Shown piece after piece: positions 62,515-64,000 of a stretch of DNA of 64,000 nucleotides; positions within the stretch are counted from its first letter, which is position 1; every line of letters begins with the position of its first letter. The stretch is taken from NCBI RefSeq assembly GCF_009914755.1, contig NC_060943.1; one strand, written 5' to 3'. The position numbers and the translations under genes are program-made. The stretch comes from the human T2T-CHM13v2.0 reference genome, Homo sapiens. Below the pieces are notes generated by a model. It had not been told where the DNA came from and searched no databases. It worked only from the letters and a program-made list of their open reading frames with translations.

Positions 62515-62827
62515 TAGCCCCTCTTAGTGTGCTTAGTGAGCACTTCCTATGTGCCTCTGCTAAGTGCTTGTGACAGATGTGTTTTCCCTGTCCAGGTGCC
62601 AACACCTCCATGTTTCCTTAAGGATGCATCCCTTTCCCTATTGCAGGCCATTTGGTTTGGATGGGACTGCCTCCAACTGCAGGTAGGGTTTTGCCCCATC
62701 TCTACTAAAAATACAAAAATTAGGCTGGGCACAGTGGCTCAAGTCTGTAATTCCAGCACTTTGGGTGGCCAAGGCAGGCGAATCACCTGAGGTCAGGATT
62801 TCCAGACCAGCCTGGCCAACATGGTGA

Positions 62828-62923
<96 letters not shown>

Positions 62924-63134
62924 TGAGGTCAGGAGTTAAGAGACCAGCCTGACCAACATGGAGAAATCCCGTCTCTACTAAAAATACAAAAATTAGCTGG
63001 GTGTGGTGGCATGTGCCTGTAGTCCCAGCTACTCAGGAGGCTGAGGCAGGAGAATCATTGGAACCCAGGAGGCGGAGGTTGCATCACCCCATTGCACTCC
63101 AGCCTGGGCAACAGAGCGAGATTCCGTCTCAAAA

Positions 63135-63167
<33 letters not shown>

Positions 63168-63621
63168 GACAGGGACTATAACAACAGCCCCATCTCACAG
63201 GGTTGGTGGGTGGGTATTTAGAGTTTCCTCCCCATGGCCTACAAGGCCCCACCTGCATGCTTGCCCGTTTCCCCCAGCCCCATCTGCTCTCCTGCTCTAG
63301 CTTGCTGGCTTTGGCCACCCTGTTCACCAAGCTGGTCCCCAGCCCCTGGGGGCTCCTTCCCCACATTATCCAAGAGCTCACTCCCTTTCCTCTTTCAGGG
63401 TCCCCTCTGAGGTACCCTGCTCTGTGAAGGCACTGATGCCTGATGTACTCAATTTGCCCTCCATAAAGGGACTCTCCCAAACTCCTGTTCCCTGCTTTTT
63501 ACTTTTTCATAGATTTACTACCATCTGACAAATTCCAGTTTACCTCCCTGCTCCTCTGGGATCTCACTAGCAGGGCCTGCACACGATGGGTGCTCAATAG
63601 ACATTTGTTAAAGTGAATTAA

Positions 63622-63627
63622 TTTATT
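63622..63627 (-). terminator. EXOSC5: EXOSC5 poly(A) signal AATAAA
   Basis: Plus-strand TTTATT about 240 nt past the stop. Confidence 0.75.
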
Positions 63628-63866
63628 GATTCATCCATTCCATAAATGTGAGCTCCTTTGAATGTTATCCTTGCTGGGGGGATCTGTGCCCCCAGGCCTG
63701 GGGGCTGTCACAGGCCAAGGCCTCCCCACAGGAGCCCTGTGGTTACAGAGCTGCAGGCTCAAGGAGCCCATGGGTCAGAGAGGCAAGGCTGGGCTGCTGG
63801 TTTGCTTCAGGCTGTAGGGGGTGAGTGGGTGGAGGCAATGGGAGCGGCCCCTTGCCCCAGCTTGCC

Positions 63867-63998
<132 letters not shown>

Positions 63999-64000
63999 TT

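Overview
Human chr19q13.2 genomic DNA, GC-rich and Alu-saturated. In order: the 3' UTR end of a plus-strand gene (CCDC97 by synteny; no CDS in the window); a nearly Alu-free 4.4 kb intergenic block with enhancer-like cores; the complete TGFB1 gene (minus, 7 coding exons, 1173 nt, 390 aa); the complete B9D2 gene (minus, 528 nt, 175 aa), whose 3' end sits about 0.5 kb upstream of the TGFB1 start; the complete TMEM91 gene (plus, 519 nt, 172 aa); and the last exon of EXOSC5 (minus). All exon boundaries were read from GT-AG junctions and sum to intact frames. Most ORFs in the supplied track are Alu or low-complexity artefacts. I see no clear new protein-coding gene. The best leads are regulatory or transcript-level: a frame-compatible B9D2-TGFB1 read-through route, antisense first-exon candidates across the TGFB1/B9D2 5' ends, strand-symmetric divergent elements downstream of TGFB1, a 251-codon stop-free in-frame TGFB1 leader, a NAGNAG acceptor next to the RGD motif, and decayed 8-bp-periodic arrays in TGFB1 introns. 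Repeat coordinates are approximate (by eye).
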